NCBI RefSeq assembly: GCF_036321535.1
Contig: NC_087453.1
Location: forward strand, 7,316,001-7,380,000
Source of the DNA: Camelus dromedarius
Lineage: Eukaryota
Direction of reading: 5' to 3'
Length of the DNA: 64,000 nt
Below the pieces are notes generated by a model. That model searched no databases. It was given only the letters and a program-made list of their open reading frames with translations, and was not told the origin of the DNA. The position numbers and the translations under genes are program-made. Position 1 is the stretch's first letter. Every line of letters begins with the position of its first letter. Shown in pieces: positions 12,028 to 24,345 of the stretch.

Positions 12028-12830
12028 GCATGCATTCATCCGTTCATTCCAAAAAAAAAAAAAGTTACTGAGCACCTAATATGTTCCAGTATGAGGACAT
12101 GGAGCAGAAGAAAACAGACAACTTCAAGTAGCTTATATCCTAAGAGAGGGAGTTAGACTACAAACACATCAAGTGGTGACCAGGCTAAAAAGGAAAATAA
12201 AGTAGGGTGAAGGGGACAGATTGTGAGAGGGGTGGGGGAAGGTGGCTTCTGTTTTAGCGGCTGCTCAGAGAAGGCCCCTCTAAGGAAACTATATTTGAAC
12301 AGAGAAGCTCTGACAAAAGTGTTCCAGGCAAAAGGCAAAGCAGGTGCAAAGGCCCTGAGGCAGGATCATGCTTGGAGTGTTTAAGGAACAGTGAGGAGGA
12401 AGTCAGTGTGGCTGCGGCAGAAGGATGGAATGGAAAGGTGATGGCTGAGAAGGCTGGAGAGATGGCAGGAGCCAGATCCAGTCAGATCAAGCTACTTCCT
12501 AAGACACGAGAAAACCTTGGAGGGAGGAACATGATCTGACTTAGGGTTTGACGTAATCCTGCTGGCTGCTGGGTGGAGTGTAGACTGAGCAGGGAAGCAA
12601 GGAGACCAGCGAGGAGGCCATGGCAAAATTTCAGGTGAGAAATGGTACTGCCTAGAACCGGGTCTGGAAAGTAATCCGATTCTGTATGTATTTAGAAGGT
12701 GGAGCTAACCAAGTTTACTGAGAGGCTGGGTGGGAAGTGAGAGCGATGGGAGAGCCAAGGATAATCCCAATATGCTGGCCTGAGGAACCGTTTGCTGAGG
12801 TGGAGGAGCGCAAGGAGGACCAGGTTTGGG
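12028..12830 (-). mobile_element. LINE2 (L2a-like), about 800 bp
   Basis: cattcatccgttcattcc...tactgagcacctaatatg...gtgcaaaggccctgaggcagga...aacatgatctgacttagg. Confidence 0.8.
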
Positions 12831-13239
12831 GTAGATGGGTTGACGACGGACACCAAGGTGGTGGCTGTTGCTGTGGGTCTGCTCTGTCGCTCTCCGGAGC
12901 TGCCTCTTGAAAAGCGTGGTCCCTCAGCCTTCCCACTGACTCAGAGCTCCCAGTATCCTTCCGGTAATTTGGCTTAAATTAACTAAAGGTAGTTTCTATG
13001 ATTTGCAACCAAAACCCCTTAATTGATAAAATGGGGTTCACTTGGCTTTTGAGTATGAACGCAGGGCGCGAAACGCCATCCTCACTGTGGGAAGATGTGT
13101 GCTGGGCAACAGCCCACAAACTCACAAGCGAGCTTTCGGAGGCCACCCACTTCTCCGCTGGAGGCCGACTTCCCCTCTCTCAGCGCCTCTCCTCAGAGAG
13201 ACAGCTCCTGCCAGCACAAGGTGGGGAAGTGTCAAATAC

Positions 13240-13379
13240 NNNNNNNNNNNNNNNNNNNNNNNNNNNNNNNNNNNNNNNNNNNNNNNNNNNNNNNNNNNNN
13301 NNNNNNNNNNNNNNNNNNNNNNNNNNNNNNNNNNNNNNNNNNNNNNNNNNNNNNNNNNNNNNNNNNNNNNNNNNNNNNN
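13240..13379. other. N run (140 nt)
   Basis: Seen directly. Confidence 0.99.
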
Positions 13380-13989
13380 CATCAGGCTCTTCTGCCTCTT
13401 CGATATTTTGCTAGTGACACATTGTAGTGAACTAGTCCAGGGCCTAACAAAGCATGTTTTGCAAAGAATGCTGGCGGGGAAGGAGGAAGGCTCAGATTTT
13501 TCTTTTTATTTCTTGTAATTAGGAAGCCCTCTACCAACTGCCTGACGATACAGATCATCTGGTCAGCGGGAAACCAAATCAAAGCTGTTTTGCTTCAGAG
13601 TCATGTGCAATCAAATAAATAACCCACTGAGGTTGCTGTACCTCACTCAAAAATAGCTAATTAAAAGTACCAAGTCCCCAAATTAATCTGTTCAAGGAAA
13701 TGTTTCTTTTCTTTTCGCCTGCACTCCAGCAAGTGTTCTCAGCCTGGGACCCGAGAGAATCATGGATTCACATTCACTAACAAGACGGTGGAACTTGACT
13801 CCTGTCTGTGGACACAGCCAGCATGGAGTAGAGGTAGGTAAATGATTTCTTAGTGATAAAACTGACCAGCCTTGGAGGGATCCGGACCTGAGTTCAAAGC
13901 TAGATGGTCTTGGGCAAACTATATCATCCTGGAACTCAAGTTCCACACCTGTGAAATGGGGGAGCTAGACTGCTGCTCCAGGGAGAGGC

Positions 13990-14490
13990 AGTGCTCTTCA
14001 GAGTGTAAGTGACAGAAAATCCCATTCAAATGAGCTTAAGAGAGAAAAAGATTCATCGACTCAAATATTTTAAAATATTGAAGATAGAGCTGACTTTTAA
14101 CCCAGCCAGATTTGGGAGCTCAAAACTCTCATCGGGACCTGGTAACTCTGTTTCTTGGCTCTGGCCCCCTCTGTCAGCATCACACTCAGGCTGACCAGCT
14201 CCAGATGGGGGCAGGAGGGTGGCCTGGTGCCCATGGTGTACATATTTTTGTGATGAAAAATAGAACACTCCTCTCCAGCCATTTGAACATTGGCCCACAC
14301 TGTGTCATGTGCCCATCCCTCAACTTATCCCTGAGTCAGCGATGCTCTGGTCATCCACACGCCCACGGCAGAGCCAGGAGGGTGTCAACACGACTCAGAT
14401 CATGTGGATAGACTGTGGGGAAGACACTGTTCCCCGGAGGGAAATTACGTGCTGTTACCAGGACAAGGAAGAATGCACACTGGGCAGAAA
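13990..14490 (-). mobile_element. MLT1 LTR
   Basis: gtaagtgacagaaaatcccattcaaatgagcttaag start and gtgctgttaccaggacaagg...ctgggcagaaaatgtc end. Confidence 0.65.
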
Positions 14491-14561
14491 ATGTCTGGTA
14501 CCAGTACCCACCTTGTTAGGACTGTTGGGTGCATTCAGTAAGACAATATCAGTCTAACACC

Positions 14562-15010
14562 TGTGTCAGTTAAGAATTCTTTTGGTTGGAGGGGGATAAA
14601 AATGTTTTGAAACTACGTAGAGGTGGTAGTTGCACAGCGCTGTGAATGTACTAAATGTCACTGAGTTGGATTCACTTTAAAATGGTTAGTTTTATGTCAT
14701 ATGAATTTTACCCCAATATTTTTTTTAAAAAAAGAATAGTTTTGGCTGCAAATAACTGAAAACTCTAAACCAGTGGCCTAAAAAGTAATTTGTTTTCTAC
14801 AACAGGAAGTCCAGAGGTTTTTAGGCCAGGGCTGGTCAGTGAAGCCCTCAGACCTTTCCTTCTTTCTGCTCCAACACCCTCAGCCTAAGGCATTGATCCG
14901 CATGGTCACAAAAAGGCTGCTTCTCCTCCAGGATTCACATCTGTCCTCCAGATAGGAAGAATAAGAAAGGCCAAGGGACCAAAGGGAGAAAGTAGGAAGG
15001 GACTGCACAT
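14562..15010 (-). mobile_element. MLT1 LTR interrupted by an L1MB 3' end
   Basis: tgtcagttaagaat...ttttggctgcaaataactgaaaac...catggtcacaaaaaggctgc. Confidence 0.65.
14589..14731 (+). mobile_element. L1MB 3' end with 17-bp target-site duplication
   Basis: gtagttgcacagcgctgtgaatgtactaaatgtcactgag...cactttaaaatggtta. Flanks AAGAATTCTTTTGGTTG (14572-14588) and AAGAATAGTTTTGGCTG (14732-14748) match 14/17. Confidence 0.85.
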
Positions 15011-15689
15011 GTATCATTTTCAAATGATGGTTCATCCACCCCAGCTACTCCCATCCCTCCTTCATTATCACAGATGGAGGTCTGCCCATCTTTCAAGACC
15101 TGTCAGGGCTGCCGCATCCCTCAAGTGCATCCACAGCTCAGTGGTGTCTCTAGTCGGCCTCTCTCGCTCTCTGGCCTGCTCCACTGTCTCTCGCTCTCCT
15201 GCTGGGGATTAGATTTAGTTGTGTTCTCAGTTTACCCAGCCCTGCTACGGCCCCCCTCTGTGAACACAGACTCTATTTAACTCTTTTCTTGTTTTTAATT
15301 CAAGCCATGACTGGCACCGTAGCTTACACAGATCAGATACTCCACAAGTGTTCAGAGCTGAATTCCCATTTCTTCTTCAACCAGGGAACGTTTACCTTAG
15401 CAGATTAACGGCCTCAAATGCCACTTCTCTCTGAGAGACCAAATCAGCTCGGGCACAGCCATGTCCCTGAGAAACGGAGCTGAGCTTTCCCACCGCATCC
15501 ACACGTCCAGGCTTTCCCTCGTCCTCACAAGCTTCTGTGATCATCTCCCAGGCTGGAGGTTTATTAGGTGACTCCTGAGGGTGAGAAGGGGGAGAAGATT
15601 ATTCTGAAGGTAGAATCACTGATAATAATAAAGGGTGAACTGACTTTGTGACCTGGAGACACTCCCCCGCCACCCAGAGGTTCATTCAG

Positions 15690-16190
15690 CAGAGCCACCA
15701 ACGTGGCGCCAAAGATACACAAACAAAGGTGTCTCCTGCAGGGCTGTGCAAAATATTTTAAAAATTGGATTCAACCTCAATCTCTGGACATAAATGAAAG
15801 AACATCCACAGAGACTGTGGAATATTTTCCAGTGGTTGTGAAGAACGAGATAGATCTACACACAGTGAAAGAAAAGACATTTTCTTTTCTTGTTAACTAG
15901 GAAAAGGGACATATCAATACAGAGGCTATAATTCCATAAGGTAAAAGTAATAAAAAAAAATCTAAACAGTTTCTTTTTAAACTACAGAAACACACAGGAA
16001 AGGTCTGCAGTCTACACAGGGGAACGGTGATTCCTTCTGGGGAAGAAGGAGGATTTTCAGGAAAGCATAAAGAGGGACTGTAATGTTTACCTCTGTGTTA
16101 AAAATCATGTTATGAATTGTTTATTGTTTGAATTTTTATGAAAGCGTATGTTCCTGTATTATATATGTAAGTATAAAAATAAAAAAGAAC
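15690..16190 (+). mobile_element. L1ME 3' region
   Basis: aaaattggattcaacctcaa...gtggaatattttccagtggttgtgaagaacgagatagatcta...A-rich end. Confidence 0.6.
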
Positions 16191-17064
16191 TGTAATTTCA
16201 GGACAAAGTCAGAATTCCCAAACACGTGCAGATGAAGTCTTCTGTAGAACACCACGGAGACCAACGTATAAAACTTTAAATAGCTGCATTTTGCATGTCT
16301 GCATTATGTCAGTATCATATTAAGCTATAGCCTTAAACCGTAACAGTTTAAGAAAAACGTAATGCAGTGAAACAACGTAAATTGAGAAACTCCTATTGAT
16401 TAATTTACTTTTCTTTTCTGAAAATCGGAAAGGGGACTCATAATTCATTCTTAAAGGTGGCAGGCTTCGGTGTGGTTCATTCAGTGTAGTCTGAGAGCCC
16501 AAATCTAAAGGGAAAGGAGGAGAATCTAGAAGAACAGAATCAAAGAAAAGTAGGCCATGGTTATCAGGGAGCTAAAACAATACACGCTGAACAGACTGAA
16601 ATCCGGAAAAACAAATTAAAAGAACATCCTGGAACATTGGCTGAGACAACAAAAGTCACTCTGGAAAAACTGGCAGAAGCACCCACCTAGATCACACTGC
16701 CCCTCTTTGTCTTCTCACAAAGGATCTAAGCGGATGGTATTAATATTTACAATAAATTTTCTTTGTGCAGCAGCATATACAGAGAAACAATAGTCACAAG
16801 ATCTATGGGATGACAATAATTTAAACTTATGTCTTGGCTTCTATGGTACCGTAATACCATGGGGATTTTATACATATTGAAAGATTCAGGATCATGTTAT
16901 TCTTCTTAAAGTGGAATTTCACACATATAAGCTGAAAATAAAACAATGTCTAGGAGAAAATTTCATAACATGCTCAACAAGAATTGTATGAGAATTCATA
17001 GCCCTATCATCATTTTTTTCATTATTTTTACCAAAAGGTAGAGAATATTAAATATACGACTAAA

Positions 17065-17080
17065 GAGCGCCCTCTAGTGG
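17065..17080 (-). promoter_or_regulatory. CTCF core motif, reverse orientation
   Basis: GAGCGCCCTCTAGTGG; the reverse complement CCACTAGAGGGCGC matches CCASYAGRKGGCRS 14/14, in non-repeat sequence. Confidence 0.75.
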
Positions 17081-18214
17081 GATAGAGTGTTTATACAAAA
17101 TACCGGAACTTGACCTATTTCCAGAAAACGTTGCATCTCAGATTTGCTATCGTTAAAACAGACTATGCTTAGAATATATTGCTTCAAATCACAGCATTCT
17201 TCATTAAAACCACTGCATTTTCCAATGTTTCCCCTCTTCAACTATTAAGTTAAATGCAATTGGTTAGTCTTTAAAATATCTTTTTTCTTCTCAAAACATA
17301 TCAAGGCTTGAAACAATCACTTTTTCTTATTAAAATGCCCTTCCTTGTTTAGAAACCCTTGAATTTGGCACGTCTGATTCCAAATGAATATAAGATGAGG
17401 GTACATTTACAAAAACTTCTCTGGCCTTCAGCACAAGTCTGCAGATGCTGTCTGCGGCCTGACGCAAACAATGATAATGACCAAATTAAAACCCCTCTTT
17501 AGGCAGAATTGAAAGGTGCTGAGGAAGCCTGTCACAGCGTATTTCAGAAAATTCCCGAGACTGGCCATCCTTACACAACCGTCGATCCTAGTTTGCCCCT
17601 ATTTGGTATACTAAAGAGCTCATCACACAGGTGAAGAGGGAAGAGTTTAAACCCTCAAACACTGAAAAGGTTTAATACAGGATCCAAAAGGTCAACAGCA
17701 GGAATTTCACCAAAACAACAACGTTCTCAAAGCGACAGAAACACGGAACTCCAGAAGCAGGAGCGCATTTAGAGTTTATGTTACTCAGCATCTCACCTTC
17801 ACGACTTTGACCATCTGCACCGTTATTCCCTTCATGTTTGTCTTTCATCAGCTCGACCCTTATTTAAAGACCAAGGTCACATACCATAAATAGAAACTAA
17901 CCCTAAAAATAAACAAAATTAAAAGAAAATGGTAGGATTACATTCTAGAAACTGGGTTTTGCATTGGGGTTTGGTCTCTTTTATGAGAAAGAGGAGGTTG
18001 CAAGAGAAGACAGGTGTTCAGGACAAAGCAGCACCCAAGGTAGACTTTCTTGTCCATGTTTCTAGAAGGACTGAACAAATCAGGATTCAGTGTTATTTGA
18101 AGCTCTGTCCATGTAGCACCAAAATCATCTACATTACTGGCAGTGGTCCACATCCACAGCTTCTCAAATGATGGAAGAAAATAAAACTCAAGAATAGCCC
18201 AAGGCTGTTGGAGC

Positions 18215-18682
18215 AGACCTGGTCAGTGTCTGCCCACAGCCCAGGTGTTTCCATTGCAGTGCTTTCTAGAGCAGCTTCTCACTGCCAGCATCCCATCTCT
18301 TTGCCTGGGGGCTCTTTCTTGTGGAGGGACCACTCCCCTTATGCACTCAGGGCAGACCAGTAGTCCTGGAGAATTAACCTCCCTAGGAGCAGTTCTCAAC
18401 CAATGACGAACAGAAATTGGTGTATAAATCCCCCAGCTCCCTCTCCCTCCTGTAGGGGCAGCATGCAATCCATTCCAGCTCCTGGAGTTCCCATGAGGGA
18501 TGAGGCTCCAGTTACTCGAAGTGCTAACTTGCTTGGTAGCACATCTTGTATTGGCTGTTTACAGTCCTAGTCTCACTGCCCTACTCCTTTACGGGCGTTT
18601 CCTGGGATCAGCTCCCAAATTATCTCCTTGCACTTGAATCTGTATCTCAGGATCTGCTACCGGAGAAACCCAAATTAAGACA
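18215..18682 (+). mobile_element. LTR16-family (ERVL) solo LTR
   Basis: gcagttctcaaccaatgac...tataaatccccagctccct...cctgggatcagctcccaaat...ctcaggatctgctaccggagaaacccaaattaagaca. Confidence 0.8.
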
Positions 18683-19497
18683 ATTAAGAAATGTATGAGC
18701 AATAGAGTCCGTTTCTTAAACCCAGTTTTCCTACCTCCACATCTAGGATGGTTTTTATTTGTCTCCTCCTTGCCATTGCTTCCTGGTCCCAAGGTCTTTG
18801 GACTAACTGAGCCAAATCTAAAAAGACGGCGGCTGTAAATTATGAGTGTGCCACCTAGAGGGCACCCAGGGCTGAGGGGTTCCCAGGGGGTGGACTTGCA
18901 GTGAAACGTCCTGGGCAAACCGGGACCCTCTGGTCACCCTAGCCAGCTACCACCTTTCCTTTCCAGAGGGGGCGACAGCTCTGAATTTAGAGACCCCAAC
19001 CTCCTACATGTAACAAACAGGTACAACCCATAAAACATGGCTTCAGTAGTGACGCATCTGGGGTTCCCCAAAGTGTGCTACACACACTCAAGTGATGTAA
19101 AGGATGAGTCTATACTCCCCCAGGTAAATATTTATTTTCCCGTGTATTAGGAGAAATTTGGCACAGCAAATCTGTGATTTCATAGACAGTCATATGGAAG
19201 AGGATGCTCGGATAGTCATTTAGGTTTATTTTCTTAAACGAGTTCATTTTGTAAAAATAAATAATAGTACACATTTCACATATCTATGGCAAAAGGTCTT
19301 GCAGACGTTTGGGGAGACTGAGCTCTACAGACAATACTGGAAATCATGTATTATCACTTTTTAAGTAAATTAAATTCAGTCTTTTAATCTATTAAGTAGG
19401 TACCCAATCAATGGTCCATAAGTAACCATTCCTTTTAACCTATTAAAAGTAAGGATTCCTATTTGTCAGGATCACAGACAAATGAATCCAACAATCT

Positions 19498-19511
19498 CCA
19501 CCAGGTGGCAT
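19498..19511 (+). promoter_or_regulatory. CTCF core motif, forward orientation
   Basis: CCACCAGGTGGCAT, 13/14 to CCASYAGRKGGCRS. Confidence 0.6.
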
Positions 19512-19949
19512 ATATCAAAAAGCACATTTCAGCTGCCCTTTGGGGGGGGGACCCTTACTGTGTACGGCTAGAAAGATTAACTCTGAGTCACTGCTGGGGC
19601 CAGTCACTGGACAGTCAGAGCACACCTGCTGAGCACACGCCCCTGTGCCACCTGGCCCCTTATCCAGCAGGGAGAGAAGCAAACACAGCCCCTGCCCTCA
19701 GGGAGTTTACAATCAAGAAGGTAAGATGGACGTTAATTAAATGATTAACTTTTTGAGTAAACTTTGTTTTTTGGGGCTTCCCTTGTCTTCCAGCAGATGG
19801 TGTCTGGATCAAAGTCTCCCAGGGATGCAGCAAAGGTATTGAAGGGAGAGCTGGGCACCAGAAGAAACCTTGGAACCAGAGGTGGACGCTTCTCCAGATG
19901 TGGGGCAGGGAAGCCCACAGAGGACGACTGGGCTATGCCCACGTTATAG

Positions 19950-20820
19950 GTGAGAAGTTGTTGCTAGAGGTTTAAGCTACTTGCCTAAGGTCACAAAGCC
20001 AGTGAGGAGTGGAGTCGGGATTCAAACTCTGAGCTCTCAGCTCTGTCCCCTCCGTTCCACAGCCTCATATTCTTTCCAGTGCAACCAATCTCCTTGCTTA
20101 AGGACATGACCCAACAAAGTCTAGGTTGATCGGTGTTCCAGGGAAAGAGGCTGTGCCAGTCTTCCCGTGGTCCCCGTAGTCAGGGCGGGGAGATGCGCAC
20201 ACCCGGTGTCTCCTGAAGAGGTCAGGGGACAGGCAGCTGGCATAGGAATAGCCCAGAGACCTGACCACACATCCCAGCTAGGGCTGCGGTCCTGGGGGTG
20301 CTTCTCCATCCCACCAACTCTCCTACTGCTGAGGAACATTCATTGTATTAGACTTGCCCACACAAACTCCCGAGATCCTAAATTTTATGTTGTCGACTCC
20401 TCATTTTGGAATGATACTGACTGAGCACGTATTGCATGCCAAGCACTGCGCTAAGTGCTTTCCAAGATCATTATCTTACATGGTCTTCCCAACAATCTTC
20501 CGGAGTAGACATTATTACCCTCTTTTATAGTTGAGGGAATAAAGCCCAGGGAATCTCAGCCATCAGCCAAGATGCAAACACAAAGCTGTCTGGTATTTTA
20601 GCCCATGCTTTGCCACTGACAGAAATCAAAAATACCTCTGAAGTCATAACTCTGAAGTAGAGGTCAAAACAGCAGGAACAAATCATTGCCCTGTCATGAG
20701 CTCACTGTGAGCTTTGGGGTCCAGTCATTTGGCTGCTCTGAACCCACAGTTCCCAATCTATAAAGTGGGGACGGTGACACCTGCCCACCACTGCAGTGCG
20801 GTTAATGAGACAGGTATATG
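19950..20820. mobile_element. Cluster of MIR fragments (about 19950-20050, 20420-20570, 20690-20820)
   Basis: acttgcctaaggtcaca...ggattcaaactc; tgccaagcactgcgctaagtgcttt; cagttcccaatctataaagtgggga. Confidence 0.7.
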
Positions 20821-23800
20821 CTCTGTCCGTTAGAGTTCTTTGGTGGCCAAAGAAAAAAAAAAGAAACAATAATGGTTTTAAGTTTTAAAAATGTAACCAA
20901 GAATGCAACAGTTATATACATAATACTTGACTTTCTTTTTTTAAATGCCATTCCGGGAAAAGAAAATTCTTCTCTAGGACACGAGTATAAAGGTTAAGAA
21001 ATATTAGCAGATTATTTGTATTTACTGGTTTTGTTTTTCTACCATAAAACAAGAAAAAACATAGGACAAATTAAATTTTTTCATGCTTCATCCAAATGAC
21101 ATGTTGAAATATGCGAAAAAGAAAAAAAAATTTTTTAATAATAAAGTTAATAGAGAAGGCCTCCTACTTCTGTGAATTTGTTGAAGAAGGAAGAAGAGGA
21201 GGGCAGGGGGAAAGAAAAAAAGAAGAAAGAAAATGAAAAAGAACCCAAATTTGTAGTGCTAAAAGAACAACTTTACAACCCCCAAAATTCATATTTGGTT
21301 ACGTTGTAAATATTTTTGAAACTGTAATAAGTCACCTCTGAGAAATTGTTTTAATCTTTGATTGACAATATTTGAATAGTCTATTTAAACAAACGTCAGT
21401 TGAATTTCAAAATGATTCAGCATTGCCTCAGGCAAAACTGTAAGTTGGACTTACTATTTTAAATTATATGATATGTTACTATCGATATAAGTGTATCTAA
21501 CATGTGTCAAGTTTTTGCCTACATAGCTAGAAAATAATAGGTCACAAAAGCTTTTAAGAAATACACATCTGTATAAGTTCTATTTTCTATTATCTATTGA
21601 TACTGTATCATTTGTTCTAACATAATGGTTGTTTCAATGACACAAATTACATGGAAACTCACTATTTTCCCCCAATTTTACCCATCATTCAAATTCCAAG
21701 GTAAAGAAAGAATTCCTCTCAATGAATCTTAGGACCTCCTTCTCCTTTTTTTTTTTTCAATTAAGGTAATGACCTCCTTCTCCTTCTGTTAATTTTTAAA
21801 AGACACATTAGGGACCTAACAAAAGGAAAATGCATTCTATCCGTTTCACACTTATTTGCAAATATTCTGTTAGTGGAAAAAACTGTACAGTACTGTTTTT
21901 TAAGTCTACATCAATAAACATCACCCAGTGTAAAAACCACAGTGCTTTATCTATAATGCTTGGACTAGAGGAACTAGCATAAGATTTGTAGAGTAAAATC
22001 TCCACAAAGACTATTACTCTGGGTAAGATTTGGTGTGTATGAGTTAATAAATTTTTTGTCAGGCTGGCCCTTAGGATTACTCTTCTGTCTGAATTTTGGT
22101 TTTGTTTTCTCTCTGTCCCTCCCTCACAGAGTTGAGCCTGGAAATAGCATCACTCTTGAGCTCGTTAGTTTGATAAACTGGCCTAAGGGTGCAGCGACAA
22201 TGGGTACCTCCAGCACGGAAGCATTTATGGGTCTCCAGGGAATTCTGAAAAACACCAGGAAGTGTTTAGGTACTGAATCACAGCCAAGTATTCTGAATCT
22301 TTAATTTTTTTTTCCTATGAGAGTGTCAGCATTAAAATATAGAATGTGCTTTTCCCACTTGGGTTCTATTACTTGTAAAGCATTCAAGAGCTTATGGGCT
22401 AGAATTACCTCCTTCCCAGGCAAGAGAACAGGCAAAAATTCTAAGATACAGAAACAGTTCCTCTGCTGATCTTCTTCTACATTTCTGACTCAACAATATA
22501 ATAAAAATGACTAAATACTAAACCTGAGCATTGTGCTTCTAAATCCATCATATTTTTTTTATCAAATTTATCCATGCAGTGTGGTTCAGGTAATGCATGT
22601 TGAAATAAATTTCACAGGATAACTAGTCTGTTTTCAGATATGACAGATCCATCATCCAAATAACCAGGCAATTATGACATAGCAAACCTTTGGAATAAAT
22701 TATTTGTTTTAAAGGTGGTTTAGATTAAAAATTAAACTTCACGCCAAAGGCAGGAAAAAAAAAACAAGACACAATTAACATTTGTACATAAGAATTTGAA
22801 ACTGAAATTTGGGCAGGAACGGCTTGTGGTTGTCATTTTTTTTTTTTAATTAAGCACATGTATTATTTATGTTGGAACACCTCAGACAACCGCTGAGGAG
22901 AAAAGAGAGATTGCAACTGTATTTTCTCAAATCTTAGCTTATCTGTCTTTGCTTACTGACTGCCTTAGCATTTTTTTAAATCACCCCCATCACCCCAAAC
23001 TGAGATATTTATCCATAAACAAATAAGCAAGGATATAGATACGAAGATATTGAATGCACCAAATTATAACATCAACAAACTGGAGACAATTGTCCATCAA
23101 TAGGGAATGACTGATTAATGCTGGTTAGAGGTAAGTCATCAGGATGTAGACTGTTCGGCGGACATTGGTAATAACCGAGCGGATCTGCACATACCAGTGC
23201 GGAAGTTTACCCCGACTTAGGGCTCAAGGCAAAAAGCATTCTGCGTTTGCTAAGAATAGTAAGATGTCATTTTTAAATAAGTATTCATAAATGCATTTGA
23301 ACACTGTTTTCATTTTTATAACAAGAATATATAATTTATTCACTGTATTAGTTTCAAATGATTATTAACAGAATCCAGAGGACACCACAAAACCTGTTAA
23401 TAGTTACTGTAGTGGGCAGGACATTAGAGAAGGAACACTCACTCTTTACCTGTGTCCGCATCACTCTTTTTAAACAAAAGACCCCGTGTTACTTTAAACA
23501 ATGCTCATTTTGTCTATACACCGGCTCAGCAAAGAATGAAAAAAGATGTCATTTATATGAGGTATGGGGGATAATATTAAAATAAGTGTGAGGACCAGGG
23601 ACTAGAAAAGGAAAAAGACATAGGTCTCTAATGAAAGGAATGGAAAATAACAGTAACATCTATCTTGGCAGAACCTGTATTTAAAATATTTCAGTGGATG
23701 GCGGGAATAGAAACTAGCACAACCTTTACAGAAAGCACCTCTGTGTTATATAGCATGAGTTTCACATATATTTCTGTTCTTGAATCCAGTATTTCTGCTT

Positions 23801-24011
23801 CTAAGAATTTAGCCTGAGAAAAGGGTTGATGCTCACAGCACGACCTTAAAAAGCAAAGACTAGGAAACCATCTAGTCACAGAGGATTCGATGATTAAATT
23901 ATTATTATTATTAGCTTGCCTTTATGGATTATAATATGTTAGGCATTGTTCCTAGGACTTAACGGACATTGTGTCATGTACTCTTTGTAACAACTTTGTG
24001 TGGTATATACT

Positions 24012-24345
24012 GTTTCTTTTTTTTTTAACACTGTTATTATGGTGTGATTCCTGTATAGTAAGCCACACATACTTCAGATGTACAATTTGATGAATTTTGA
24101 GAGATGTGTGCACCAATGAAACCACCACCACAATCAAGATAGCTAACATTTCCGTCACTCCCCAAGAGGTGCAAATTTCAAAATCCCAATTTATCCCTTC
24201 CCACCCCCATCATCCTCTGGCAACCATACGTTTGTTCTCTATGTCTGAGTCTGTTTCTGTTTTGTAGATAATTTCATTTGTGTCCTTTTTTTTCAGATCC
24301 CACGTATACGCAATATCATATGGTATTTTTCTTTTTCTATCTGAC
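24012..24345 (-). mobile_element. L1MB 3' fragment followed by a younger (cetartiodactyl-age) L1 3' fragment, both inside a MIR
   Basis: gtacaatttgatgaattttgag...accaccacaatcaagata, then ctggcaaccatacgtttgttctctatgtctgagtctgtttctgttttgtagataa. Confidence 0.75.
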
